From Candidatus Latescibacterota bacterium (GTDB lineage Bacteria; Latescibacterota; UBA2968; GCA-2709665), in assembly GCA_965203805.1 (NCBI GenBank), contig OZ241917.1, positions 2,080,001-2,144,000 of the forward strand: a DNA stretch of 64,000 bases, read 5' to 3'. Below are positions 1 through 10,150 of the stretch, in pieces (within the stretch, counting starts at the first letter, position 1; each line of letters starts with the position of its first letter). The notes below the pieces were generated by a model that was given only the letters and a program-made list of their open reading frames with translations, was not told where the DNA came from and made no database searches. The translations under genes and the position numbers were made by a program.

Positions 1-177
1 GGTCATGCGGGAAGGCACGCAAAGCGGTGATGCGCAATACGTATTTTCGAACAATACGCCGCGTTCCGCCAGGGCGTCCAGGTGCGGGGTACGGACGATT
101 GGATCCCCGGCACAACCCATATACCGGCGGTTGTGCTGGTCCGACATAATCACCAGAAAGTTGGGTTGATCCGGCAA
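1..177 (-). CDS. Cys-type sulfatase, N-terminal part (truncated by window edge; absent from ORF track)
   Basis: My translation from TTG at 177 gives MPDQPNFLVIMSDQHNRRYMGCAGDPIVRTPHLDALAERGVLFENTYCASPLCVPSRMT. It has PNxLxIxxD, TPxLDxLA and the CxPxR formylglycine motif; GAGGAGG RBS upstream. Confidence 0.9.
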   Translation of the reverse strand, partial: MPDQPNFLVIMSDQHNRRYMGCAGDPIVRTPHLDALAERGVLFENTYCASPLCVPSRMT

Positions 178-238
178 GACAGACCTCCTCGTCTTCAGGT
201 CAATTGACCCCGGTTCGTATTCTTCGCCATACGGAGCG

Positions 239-1486
239 TCAGAAGGTTCCCGAACCTGAAAGCGTAACGAGCCGGATTCGATGATTGTACGTATCGGCAA
301 TGTAAAGGAGTCCGCCTGCCTCATCGAACCCGATGCCGGCCGGCCGGTTCAAGGCGGCCGACGTGGCGGGGCCTCCGTCTCCGCTGAACCCCGGCTGTCC
401 GTTCCCGGCTACCGTCGCGATGATCCCGGAAGCCAGGTCGATTGCCCGGATACGGTGGTTCATCTCATCTGCGACGTACAGCCGCCCGTCCGGACCGAAC
501 TGAATATCGCGCGGGTTGTTCAGATTCGCCCGGATGGCCGGACCGCCGTCACCACTGAACCCCGCGTCGCCCGTGCCCGCCACGGTATCGATCCGGTCCC
601 CCTCAAAGTCCACGCGCCGGATCCGCTGATTGAGCGTATCGGAAATATAGAGCTCTCCATCCGGCCCAAGGGCCAAACCACCCGCGGGCGGAGGACTGTT
701 GCCCGCCGGGAGGTTCAATTGCGCCATAAGGGGAGGGCCGCCGTCGCCACCGGATCCGGCCGCGCCCGTACCCACCACTGTCCTGATGACGCTGTTGAGA
801 TCGATCTTTCGCACCCGCAGGTTGCGCTGATCCAGAACATAGAGCGTATTGTCCGGCGCAAGCACCGTCTGCGAAGGATAGTTCAGAAGCGCGTCCTCCG
901 CGGGACCGCCGTCGCCCGAAAACCCGGGTGCGTCTCCAAGGAATACCCGAACCCTGCCGCTGGCAGGATCGAAAAGCCGCAGCTTGTGGTTTCGCCAGGC
1001 CGTCAGCAGAAAGGCCCCGCCCGAGAGCTGAGCCAGGTGCGTCGGATGACTCAGATTGACGGATCTCCCGGGCGCACCCGGCGGGATCCGCTCGGATTGA
1101 GCGTAGGAACCGTCGCCCATAAAGCCGCTGCCGATCGCAGTCTCCAGCGTGCTGTCGCCGATGGCTGCACGGCGCACGCGATGATTGTTCCAGTCCAGAA
1201 CATAAACCCTGCCTTCGGGCGTGACCATGACGTCTACCGGCCAGTAGAACGTGGACAACAAATACACGTTGCCGTCTCCGTCCCAGCCCGCATCGCCGGT
1301 TCCCGCCCAGGTGCAGATCGTTCCCGGCGTATCCGAACACAGCGACGGCGGCGCAATGGGTTCGTCGTCGTCATCGGATTCGATCGGATTGTCGTCTCCA
1401 CACGCCGCCAGAAAACAGGCCAGCAACCCGACACAGAACCAGAACATGCCCCGCCGTAATCTGTCCGCAATGAAATGCATCTTCAC
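239..1486 (-). CDS. NHL-repeat beta-propeller lipoprotein
   Basis: Lipobox FLAAC; repeated xAGxGxxGFxGDGGPAxxAxLNxPxxxxxxPDGxLYxxDxxNxRIRxxD units. Confidence 0.85.
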   Translation of the reverse strand: MKMHFIADRLRRGMFWFCVGLLACFLAACGDDNPIESDDDDEPIAPPSLCSDTPGTICTWAGTGDAGWDGDGNVYLLSTFYWPVDVMVTPEGRVYVLDWNNHRVRRAAIGDSTLETAIGSGFMGDGSYAQSERIPPGAPGRSVNLSHPTHLAQLSGGAFLLTAWRNHKLRLFDPASGRVRVFLGDAPGFSGDGGPAEDALLNYPSQTVLAPDNTLYVLDQRNLRVRKIDLNSVIRTVVGTGAAGSGGDGGPPLMAQLNLPAGNSPPPAGGLALGPDGELYISDTLNQRIRRVDFEGDRIDTVAGTGDAGFSGDGGPAIRANLNNPRDIQFGPDGRLYVADEMNHRIRAIDLASGIIATVAGNGQPGFSGDGGPATSAALNRPAGIGFDEAGGLLYIADTYNHRIRLVTLSGSGTF

Positions 1487-1570
1487 TTCACCTCACACCA
1501 GGTCTCAACTGACCGGTTGAATCCGGATGCCTCCTCTCCTCAAAAGCGCCGCTTGCGGCCGGGAGGACAT

Positions 1571-2713
1571 TCACAAGTCGCTTGCACACCGGAATCCGAT
1601 CTGTTCATCCGTCGCAAATGGCGCATCGAACCACCGGGTGGTCGTGTCGGCCAGATCCCGGAACTTCCATGAGCCGCCCCGCATCACGCGGTTGAGACCG
1701 ATTTCCGGTCCTTTCGGGTTTTCTTTTGGTGTATCATGATAATAATCGGGGTTGAACCAATCCTCACACCACTCCCATGCGTTGCCGGACATATCGTGCA
1801 CCCCGTACGGGCTTGCGCCCTTTGGGTGGCTGCCCACGTCTACCGTACGGCCAACAAGATCGGCGATATTCGCGTGTTCAGGAGTAGGCGTCGCCGTTCC
1901 CCATGGATAGGGTCGCTTGTCGGTGCCGCGAGCCGCCTTTTCCCACTCCGCTTCGGTCGGGAGGCGCATTCCCGCCCATTCGCAGTAGGCTTTGGCGCCA
2001 AACCAGGTCACGTTTGTCACGGCCCGGTTGGCGAGATAAAACGCCTTAAGCACGTACTCATCCTTTATGGTGCGCCCCAGTTCCTCGCTATCATCATCAT
2101 CGTCCCCTTGCCGTCCCGCCAATACGTCGATCGAGATCCGGATATCCGCCCTTCTCGACTCCAGATTGTAGAGCACATTGCCAGCCGGGTCCTGGTTCCG
2201 GTTCGCCGCATTCTGGTATGCGATGTCCTCGTCCGTCTGCCAGGGCGCCGTGCGGCCGACCGTCTTGGTGTTTCGGTTTCTATCGTTCAGAAAGGCGATA
2301 TACTGGACGTTGTTCACTTCGAATTTATCTATATTGAACGCATCCAGGTACACGACGTGTTCGGGGCCGTCCGGCGGCAGCCCGCCCCGGTCGGTCCCCA
2401 TGATGAATTCCCCCGCGGGTACCTCAAGCAGTTCGTGCTTCAGTATCGGCACGACGGGTCCGCCAACCACTTTCTGTCCGAAGAAAGTCGCGAAGATCTC
2501 GAAGTCGGGCGCGTCTACCGTGCGGCTGCCGTCCAGATCGTAAATCGGGTCTTCCGTTTGAAACGCCCGCGCAAAAAGGACAAAATCGGTCAGATCGATG
2601 GTTCCGTTGCCGTCAAAGTCCACATCTTCTATGGTGACCCGATCCGCCCAGACACGTGCCGGGCCTGTCGCGAGCAAGAGAGTCAGGCCAACGGAAAACA
2701 GTACGCGCGCCAT
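1571..2713 (-). CDS. Secreted FGE-sulfatase (SUMF1-like) domain protein with N-terminal dockerin/EF-hand pair
   Basis: Signal peptide from ATG 2713 (AAGGAG RBS); DFDGNGTIDLTDF...DLDGSRTVDAPDF; FIMG, RLPTEAEWEKAARG, YPWG, DMSGNAWEW, RGGSW and GFRC motifs. Confidence 0.85.
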   Translation of the reverse strand: MARVLFSVGLTLLLATGPARVWADRVTIEDVDFDGNGTIDLTDFVLFARAFQTEDPIYDLDGSRTVDAPDFEIFATFFGQKVVGGPVVPILKHELLEVPAGEFIMGTDRGGLPPDGPEHVVYLDAFNIDKFEVNNVQYIAFLNDRNRNTKTVGRTAPWQTDEDIAYQNAANRNQDPAGNVLYNLESRRADIRISIDVLAGRQGDDDDDSEELGRTIKDEYVLKAFYLANRAVTNVTWFGAKAYCEWAGMRLPTEAEWEKAARGTDKRPYPWGTATPTPEHANIADLVGRTVDVGSHPKGASPYGVHDMSGNAWEWCEDWFNPDYYHDTPKENPKGPEIGLNRVMRGGSWKFRDLADTTTRWFDAPFATDEQIGFRCASDL

Positions 2714-2847
2714 GTGCGAATTCTCCTTCACCGGCGAATTTCCCCCGTCGTCAGACGACCTCCCCGGCGTTTTCCGGCGCGCGCAACCGACCGTGCGCGG
2801 CATCCGGACGAGGGTTCGGTACCCGTTAACGATACCTCGGTGTCGTC

Positions 2848-5800
2848 TTACTTCTGCACCACGAACGTGGTTTCTTTCGAAAAGGACTTGCCGCTGTTTA
2901 AATCCGTAACCTCCACCGTCAGGCGGTATTTCCCCGAACGCGCTTCCCCCAGTTCCAGTTCCGTATACGCCACTTCCGAGTCCTGAAAACCGAGTTGCTC
3001 ATAACCCACCGCCACCTCCCGTTTGTTCGACCGTCCTCTGAGCGTTTGCGCCAGCGTGGACAATACGCCACCCGCCTTCGGTCCCATCGTGTACTCCACG
3101 CGGTACTGGGTCTGTCCGAATTCATCCTTTTTCAGGTTATAAATCTCGTAATACACAAATACGTTCTGGCCCATTCCGTAGGTTCGAGACGGCATCGGTA
3201 CCACGTTCAACCCATGTTTTCGGAATTTGCCGGCATCCGTGGCGGCCTCGCTGACCCTGTATGCCAACTCCAGGTCGCTCACGCGGAGACCTTCCCGATG
3301 GTAAGACTCCACATCGACCTGCTGCCGGTATATTCCCAGCCGACCCGTCATCCGGTCGCGAGCCTTGACTTCCAGCCGGTAAGCGCCCGGCGGCACTTCG
3401 AGCCTGACTACATCAGGGAGGACCACTTCGGGACCCGTCCGATTGCCAGGTTGCTTGTAAAACACCTCCGCCGTCTTCCGGTAGACCTTGCCGGAAAGAG
3501 ACGAGAGCAATGCCAACTGTCGCCGGACCGCCACCTGTGTGACGTTATGTTCGGGAAGGTAATTCGGTACCGTGCACGGAATGCCGTAGTAGATCTCCAG
3601 CACGCTCTTCCCGTCTCGCCCTTTGAAGTCGGCCAGCGAGTAATAGAAGTCGAACGGCGCTTCCGCGTATTCCGGCGTGAAGGTATCCGGGGTGAGCGCA
3701 ACCGCCTGCTTGAACACCTGCTCCGGCGAAAAACGACGGAACCTCGAAACCTGTTCGACATTCAAATCGGGCGCACTCGGAACTGGCGCAAAATCGAAGA
3801 CCCGGGAGTTGAACTCATCCGTAAACGTAATCTCTATACCCCCGTCGATATCGAGATAGACCCACGACTCCCAGGGCGTGGACCCAAGGTCGGCGCCTGC
3901 GCTCAGTACCGGACTGAAGCCCGATCCCGCGAAGATGTCCGTGTTGATGTTGGACGGTACCGGTCGCGTGACCGTGCTCGCGAGTTCATTCTGTCCGATA
4001 TCTCCTCCCACGCCGATCGTCCCTGCGGTGCTGCGGCGCTCCGTGTTACTCCGGTCGGTAGACGAGCCCCCATCCCGGCTTCCTTCCGACGTTGTCATCT
4101 GCCTGAGATTCGAGTCCGCGCCATCCGGGTCCCCGCCCGTGAACGCGTCCCGCTCGCCTTCGATACCGAGATCGGCCGCCGCGCTTTCGAAACCGAGAAT
4201 ATCGCGCTCCAAAGAGAAGTTACGGATGGGAAAAACGGGACCCATAAACGACGCGCCGATGGCCTCGGTACCATAGAGTTGCCTGGCCAGCCGCTCCTTC
4301 ACGCGCAGCACGGGCAGGTTCTGCCGGAAATTCACCTTCCGCGAGCTCGTCACGTGGTCCGGATCGCCGAACCGGATGTACACCTCGCCGCGCCGGTCCC
4401 ACGGTTCCTTGCCTTTGGAAAATTCCAACAGCGCGTACCAGACTCTGCGGTAGTGTTCCAGAAGCCTTTCGTTTACAGGCGTGCCAATGTCGGGGTCACG
4501 GACGCTCCAGAAACTCTCCAGAAACGCCTCACGGGCCGCACCCGCCGTCTGTTCGTATTCCGCCAACTCCTCCGGTAAAGCAATCAGACCGATATCGTAG
4601 TAGTGGGCCCGCTGCTCCGGTTCCAACCGCGAAATGTACGTAGAGAAAAACCCCATCGCCATATCGTACTTGCTGCGCTTCGCGCAGGCCTGAGCCAGGA
4701 TCGGCATCAGTTCGATTGCGTCGGGGTATTCGTGTGTAAACGCCCTGACCTTTTCCAGAATCCGGTCGTAGTCTTTCACTTTCAGGTACGCGTGGCCCAG
4801 CCGTCTGCCCACTTTCGGGTCCGTCGGCCGCATGGCCAGATACCGCGTGTACCAGACGATGGCTTCCTCGTAATCCTCCATAAAATTGGCGTACCAATCT
4901 CCCATCAGCAGATAGGCGTCGGCGTACTCCGGATCCGTTTTCAGGACGCGGTCCAACTCGGGCTTCACGTCGTGCTCATTGAGCATATATCGCACGAGGG
5001 CGATCTTGTACCGGGCATCCACGAAGTCCCGATCGCGCATTAAAGCCTTTCTGAAATAGCTAATGGCCTGGTAGCGCTCGTTGTGGAGTTCCATCAACAC
5101 GAGGCCGAGACCGTAATAGGGTTCCGGATCGTCGCCCGCCATCGAGGCTGCCTTCCTGAATGCCCATTTAGCGCCCCGGTAATATTTGTCCTCCAGGAAT
5201 GCGTAACCCAGTTTCAGATGCGAGTCTTTATCGCGAGGGCGCTGGTGGGCAACCACGCGGAGCGGAAAGATCGCCTCGTCCACGTCATGCCTGTCGAGCC
5301 GTGCCACGCCCAGGTTGAAGAGCGAATCGACCCTGGCGCGAGGCATCTTGCGCGACTCCACCGCATATCCGCCGGGCCCCCCAAGGAGGTACTGCACCCG
5401 ACCCCGGTGCCAGTAACAGGTCAGCACGGGACCGCCATCGTAGACATTCGGACGAAGAAAATACCCGACTTCAGGCATATGGGGTTCGTCGGTTGCCGGA
5501 CATTGGAAAAGATGCCTGAGTTGCGCCAGGTCCCGCGTTCTTGCGGACGCGTCCGGCTGCCGCTTTTCCAATTCAGCGGACGCCCACGACAGGAGTCCGT
5601 CCAGATCCGGTGTTGTTCTTTCGGCACGCGTGGCGTTGAACTCCGAAATCAGATCGCCCACAACCAGCAGGCGTTCCGAGCAAACCGATTCCTTCAGGAC
5701 CTCGTCATTCTTGATGCGGCGTCGAATCCCATCGATGTAATTCTGACAGCTTCCGCGCGACAGACCCAGCGGCGCATACGCCGCTCGAATATCCTTGAAA

Positions 5801-6597
5801 CCCCTCACGGCTTCCCGGTAGGCATCCCTTGCGCCGCGGTACTCGCCCCGATGCATGGCGTGGTGACCCCGCACCCACCAGTTCAACGCCTGGTGAACCA
5901 TCAGCATTGCCGCGTCAATTTCCGATTCCTGCGCCCGTTCCGGAGGCCTGCCGCCACCCGCATTGTCCGGACTGGCCCACGCCGGCACACTGCCTCCCTC
6001 CATTCCGACAAAAGAAACCTTGCCGTCGACCACAGCGGTCACGGCGTCCGCGCCTTCGGACCACGCCAACGGGCCCCGCACGCGCCCTGCCACGAGCAAC
6101 CTGCCTCGTCCGAACGCATCGACGGTCCATAGTCCGCTGCGGTCCGTTACGGCCAGCCGGCTTCCGTCGGGCGCCACGGCCATATCGACAGGTTCCATTC
6201 GCGCAGGCAATCGCCAGAGCGACTCCCCGGATGCATCTATCCGCCAGATGCGGTTGCGGATGAGGGCCAAGCGCCGCTGTTTTCGGGCGTCTGACGTCAG
6301 CCGCCCCAGTGGCGTCGTGCCGAACGCAACGTGATCCAGCCCCCGCTCCAGGTAAACCAGACCACCGCCGGGCAAGAAGCCCACGTCTCCAGGCGGACCC
6401 AGGAAGATTCCCGCTCTGGCGGGCGGCGTCCCGTCTGTTCGCCCCTCCCAGATCTGGGTGAACAGGACCATCGGCTTCCCGGAGGGTACCAGCCACACCA
6501 CTCGCTCGCCGTCAGGCGAGTAAGTCGCGGACGGGACGGAATGAGCCCGGGTCGCAAGCCCCAGCAGGGCGGCTACGACAGTGAGAAACTTCAACAA
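2848..6597 (-). CDS. Large TPR + GWxTD-like domain protein (1249 aa)
   Basis: Signal peptide, SPDG/APDG propeller-like segment and multiple TPRs, then FWSVRDPD...NERLLEHYRRVWYA...PWDRRGEVYIRFGDPD and C-terminal beta-sandwich domains. Confidence 0.8.
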   Translation of the reverse strand: MLKFLTVVAALLGLATRAHSVPSATYSPDGERVVWLVPSGKPMVLFTQIWEGRTDGTPPARAGIFLGPPGDVGFLPGGGLVYLERGLDHVAFGTTPLGRLTSDARKQRRLALIRNRIWRIDASGESLWRLPARMEPVDMAVAPDGSRLAVTDRSGLWTVDAFGRGRLLVAGRVRGPLAWSEGADAVTAVVDGKVSFVGMEGGSVPAWASPDNAGGGRPPERAQESEIDAAMLMVHQALNWWVRGHHAMHRGEYRGARDAYREAVRGFKDIRAAYAPLGLSRGSCQNYIDGIRRRIKNDEVLKESVCSERLLVVGDLISEFNATRAERTTPDLDGLLSWASAELEKRQPDASARTRDLAQLRHLFQCPATDEPHMPEVGYFLRPNVYDGGPVLTCYWHRGRVQYLLGGPGGYAVESRKMPRARVDSLFNLGVARLDRHDVDEAIFPLRVVAHQRPRDKDSHLKLGYAFLEDKYYRGAKWAFRKAASMAGDDPEPYYGLGLVLMELHNERYQAISYFRKALMRDRDFVDARYKIALVRYMLNEHDVKPELDRVLKTDPEYADAYLLMGDWYANFMEDYEEAIVWYTRYLAMRPTDPKVGRRLGHAYLKVKDYDRILEKVRAFTHEYPDAIELMPILAQACAKRSKYDMAMGFFSTYISRLEPEQRAHYYDIGLIALPEELAEYEQTAGAAREAFLESFWSVRDPDIGTPVNERLLEHYRRVWYALLEFSKGKEPWDRRGEVYIRFGDPDHVTSSRKVNFRQNLPVLRVKERLARQLYGTEAIGASFMGPVFPIRNFSLERDILGFESAAADLGIEGERDAFTGGDPDGADSNLRQMTTSEGSRDGGSSTDRSNTERRSTAGTIGVGGDIGQNELASTVTRPVPSNINTDIFAGSGFSPVLSAGADLGSTPWESWVYLDIDGGIEITFTDEFNSRVFDFAPVPSAPDLNVEQVSRFRRFSPEQVFKQAVALTPDTFTPEYAEAPFDFYYSLADFKGRDGKSVLEIYYGIPCTVPNYLPEHNVTQVAVRRQLALLSSLSGKVYRKTAEVFYKQPGNRTGPEVVLPDVVRLEVPPGAYRLEVKARDRMTGRLGIYRQQVDVESYHREGLRVSDLELAYRVSEAATDAGKFRKHGLNVVPMPSRTYGMGQNVFVYYEIYNLKKDEFGQTQYRVEYTMGPKAGGVLSTLAQTLRGRSNKREVAVGYEQLGFQDSEVAYTELELGEARSGKYRLTVEVTDLNSGKSFSKETTFVVQK

Positions 6598-6665
6598 GCG
6601 CTCCTCCAGACCTCAGAGATGGCCGCGAAGGATTGGCGACGAGGAATGTCTATAAGATAAGAAAG

Positions 6666-7895
6666 TTATTCCCTGTCAAACAACCCTTCTATCGCGATGA
6701 CCTCCAGCGCCTCGCCCATCGCACGGACGGCCTGGTCGATATCGGCCTCCGTGTGCGAGAAGTTCGTATAACAGACCGAATAGACGATGATCCCGCGCTT
6801 CAGTACTTCCTCGTTGAACCTGAGAAACAACCGGCCCGCGTCGGGATGGTCGAACACCAGTTGTCCGACGGGCGGCGCCCCCACGATGCTCACCGGCAGA
6901 CTCAATCTCTCGCTGCACGCATTGAAGCCTTCGTGAAGCTGTTCGCCGCGCTTCCACAACGTGCCGATCACATCCTCACGTTCATAGACATCCAGCACGG
7001 CACGCGCCGCGGCCAGTCCAAGGGTGTCTCCTCCGAACGTGGACGACACCACGCAATCCTTCACCGTCTCCATCACCGCCGCCTGTCCCACAAAACAGGA
7101 GAGCGGCACGCCGTTCGACAACCCCTTGGCAAACACCGCCAGGTCGGGAATTACCCCGAAGTACTCCTGTGCGCCTGCACGCCGAAGGCGGAACCCCGTG
7201 ACGATCTCGTCGAAAATAAGGACCGCCCCGCGCTGCTCAGTCAGCTTCCGCAATGCCTTCAGAAAGGAACGCCCCTGTTCAACCTCCGCATACGCGCAAG
7301 CGACGCTGACGGCCGCAATTTCATCCGGCGCAGCTTCAAACGCTGCCGCATACGGACCGATATCGCCCCACGGCAACGCCATGTAAGTCTTTCGAGTCGC
7401 CTCCGGCACCCCGCCTCGAGCCATTGTATTGACCCAGCCATGATATCCACAGGTCAGGATGAGTTCCCGTTCCGTAAACGCCCTTGAAAGGCGGTGGGCG
7501 GCCGCCATCGCCTCACCGCCCGTTTTCAGGAATCGGACCCGTTCCGCGCACGGCAATACCTCCACCAGCCGCTGTGCAACCTCCACCTCCAGCGGGTGGG
7601 GATAGCTGAACACGATCCCACTTTCCAATTGCTCTTTGACGGCCTCATCCACCGCAGGGAAACGGTAGCCCAGGGTTATCGGTCCCAGTCCGTTCCTGAA
7701 ATCGATGTATTCATTGCCGTCGGCGTCCCACACCCGGCATCCGTCACCCCGAACCAGGTAGCAGGGCTCCACGCCCCGCAACGCCTCTCTCGGGGCCTTG
7801 GAATGGGTCTGGGTGCCCAGCGGGATCACCTGCTGCGCCAGGTCATACAGCTCCCACGAACGCGCAACCGATCGCTCAACCTTCGTTGTCATCAT
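6666..7895 (-). CDS. Class III PLP aminotransferase (glutamate-1-semialdehyde aminotransferase-like)
   Basis: WDADGNEYID, RFLKTGGEA, LIFDEIVTGFR, VFAKGLSNG and SSTFGG motifs; start moved to MMTTK behind an AGGAGG RBS. Confidence 0.85.
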   Translation of the reverse strand: MMTTKVERSVARSWELYDLAQQVIPLGTQTHSKAPREALRGVEPCYLVRGDGCRVWDADGNEYIDFRNGLGPITLGYRFPAVDEAVKEQLESGIVFSYPHPLEVEVAQRLVEVLPCAERVRFLKTGGEAMAAAHRLSRAFTERELILTCGYHGWVNTMARGGVPEATRKTYMALPWGDIGPYAAAFEAAPDEIAAVSVACAYAEVEQGRSFLKALRKLTEQRGAVLIFDEIVTGFRLRRAGAQEYFGVIPDLAVFAKGLSNGVPLSCFVGQAAVMETVKDCVVSSTFGGDTLGLAAARAVLDVYEREDVIGTLWKRGEQLHEGFNACSERLSLPVSIVGAPPVGQLVFDHPDAGRLFLRFNEEVLKRGIIVYSVCYTNFSHTEADIDQAVRAMGEALEVIAIEGLFDRE

Positions 7896-7974
7896 CCACC
7901 TCCTGAGGAATCCTGTATAGCCGCCTCGGTCGAAAGTGGGATCCAACCCCCGCCATGTGCCCACAGCCAGCGGG

Positions 7975-9945
7975 TCAATACCCGTGGATCGAATGCCCGC
8001 CACCCGGAAACCAGACCATGTCCACAATCAACGAAACCCCCACGCCCGTGGAATAACCGACCAGAACGCCGAGGAAAAACGGCACGTATCGGCGATAGAG
8101 CGCGGCCCCGCCGATTCGCAGTATGAGGAATTTGATGGCCCAGGCCAGAAAGACCGAAAACACGGTATACCGTACCGAGGTTCCCGTACCGGCCAGCGCG
8201 AACCCCACAGGGTGGAAAGGCCACCAGGGAAACCGGTACTTCAGAAACGTCAACAACGACATCACCGCCGCGCCAATGCCGAACAGACTCAGCTGCAGAC
8301 GGTGGGGCGGCTCCGGGTTGTTCATCTGGGTCAGTACACGTCCAAAACCGGATTTGCTGTACCTCGTGAACGGCCAATCGTTGAAATTATAAGCCCCGTA
8401 CGTATATCCCAAATACAACGTAAACACAACCGAGAATATACACCCCAAACCGAAGGCCAGCAGTAGAGCAGCCAGCACACGCCGCCGCCCGTCTCGGGGG
8501 CAAACATCCGCCAATTTAGTGCCGTGGATTACCGACGGCATGAACAGGCCCTTGCCGTAGGACGCGACGCCGTTCGTAAATGCCAGCGTTGTCAGACTGG
8601 AACCCGACAGATTCCGCGACCCGAACAGCGACGTAACGAAACGTTGCGGCCCAACGGGCATGCTGATGAATACCAGTCCCACGTCCGACACGATGCGCGC
8701 AACGCCCAGATACAGGACGAATGCCGCCAGAACGAACGCACACGCCAGTACAAGACTCATCCCCGCCTGCCACCACCAGAAAACGGCGAAGAGCACGCAC
8801 GCAGCCAGCCCGAACACCGCCGTCCGGAACGACATCATCTCGTCTTTCTCGTCCAGCGGCGCTGCCTTTCCGATCGCTTTCTTGAAGACCAGCCTCAAAT
8901 GGTTCCTGGAAGTCCAGAATCCCCAACCCACCATTGCAAAAAACGCGCCCAGAGGCAGCCACTGAAAATCGCCCGACGCGTGGGACCACGAACTGGCGTT
9001 GTATCCCAGGCGGTTCAGGATTCCGCTCCGAATGATGAACAACAGATCGAAGAACCAGAGGCTGAACAGGACGTCGATATTGGCGAAATAGCAGAAAGAT
9101 ATCGTGAACATGTTGATCCGTGTCCACAGACCAGGGAAGTAGCGTTCGAACCTGATCCAGGGGCCCCAGCGGATATTCGGAATCTGCGGAAAGCCGGGGA
9201 CGAAGTAGTTGATCATATTCCAGGCCAGAATGCCGAAAGCGACGGCGAAGCCAATCCAGAAAAGCCGTGGGAACTCCAATGACCGGGCGCGTTCCGTAAG
9301 CTCCGTGACCGGGCGCAGAATCGGAAACGAAATGCGTTCGCTTTCCACCCACTGCTTGCGCAGAATCACCGCGAGGCAGACCGAACCGAAGAAAAGAGCG
9401 GTAATCAGCCCCATCCAGCAAACCACCGGCACGAACCAGGCATTCCAGGGTATGGCGTCGCCGGGCGGCAACCCCTCGAACAGGTGATTGAGCGTGCCGT
9501 TCGTGTTTCTCGGCGCCAGCCAGTGCGGAATATAGGGATGGAAGAACTCTCCCCACTGGTTCTCCGGCGTCGCAAAATAAAACGGGGCCGCGATCGCACC
9601 CAGGAAATACCCCGTCAGACCAACTGACGGAATGGCCCCGCCGACCAGACCGCCCGCGAGCACGACCAGGAGTTCCGTCGACGATAGCGCGTACCGATGC
9701 GAGAGTAAGCGGCACAGCGGGTTCAGTCCCAGGGCAAGCAGCAGGTAGGGCAGCAGCGTACCCATCGGAAAATGACTCAACGTCATGCGTGACGCGTGGA
9801 CGACGTATTCCACGTAATTCACGACGACGTTTACCCCGACGGCCAATACTCCGGCCAGCAGTACGCTGCGCAGCGTCACCGCCTGCCCGCCAGGTCGACG
9901 TCCGACATCGGTTGAAACCGCAACGTTGGATGCTTCTGCCATCAC
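7975..9945 (-). CDS. Polytopic membrane protein, DUF6785/DUF6784-like putative transporter
   Basis: Many TM segments; IPWxxWxxP, LRKQWVESERISFPI, FPWWPFHPVGF and KFLILRIGG motifs typical of this family. Confidence 0.75.
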   Translation of the reverse strand: MMAEASNVAVSTDVGRRPGGQAVTLRSVLLAGVLAVGVNVVVNYVEYVVHASRMTLSHFPMGTLLPYLLLALGLNPLCRLLSHRYALSSTELLVVLAGGLVGGAIPSVGLTGYFLGAIAAPFYFATPENQWGEFFHPYIPHWLAPRNTNGTLNHLFEGLPPGDAIPWNAWFVPVVCWMGLITALFFGSVCLAVILRKQWVESERISFPILRPVTELTERARSLEFPRLFWIGFAVAFGILAWNMINYFVPGFPQIPNIRWGPWIRFERYFPGLWTRINMFTISFCYFANIDVLFSLWFFDLLFIIRSGILNRLGYNASSWSHASGDFQWLPLGAFFAMVGWGFWTSRNHLRLVFKKAIGKAAPLDEKDEMMSFRTAVFGLAACVLFAVFWWWQAGMSLVLACAFVLAAFVLYLGVARIVSDVGLVFISMPVGPQRFVTSLFGSRNLSGSSLTTLAFTNGVASYGKGLFMPSVIHGTKLADVCPRDGRRRVLAALLLAFGLGCIFSVVFTLYLGYTYGAYNFNDWPFTRYSKSGFGRVLTQMNNPEPPHRLQLSLFGIGAAVMSLLTFLKYRFPWWPFHPVGFALAGTGTSVRYTVFSVFLAWAIKFLILRIGGAALYRRYVPFFLGVLVGYSTGVGVSLIVDMVWFPGGGHSIHGY

Positions 9946-10094
9946 ACCTTCCTTGCACCTTGTAACACCCGCAGTCGCGAGCAGCCGGTTGACCTGCGGA
10001 CTCGAAACGATTGAGACCGGAGTCAGCGACTTTCCTGCCCAGCCCGAGGCATGCTCCCAGACATAGCAATATACGAAATGAACTCAATAAACAC

Positions 10095-10122
10095 AAAAAA
10101 CGGGCTTCAGCGATCGAGCCCG
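10095..10122 (-). terminator. Rho-independent terminator after ggt-like gene
   Basis: Minus strand CGGGCT-cgatcgctga-AGCCCG followed by TTTTTT. Confidence 0.6.
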
Positions 10123-10150
10123 GATTCGTTTTCGTCGAAATATGATCCGA

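Noticed and set aside
1571-1760. FGE/C-type-lectin C-terminus as a diversity-generating retroelement target
   Set aside because: No reverse transcriptase and no template-repeat copy with adenine-specific differences was seen in the window.
6666-7895. Assigning hemL
   Set aside because: The fold matches, but there are no tetrapyrrole genes nearby and the sequence is divergent, so it is left as a class III aminotransferase.
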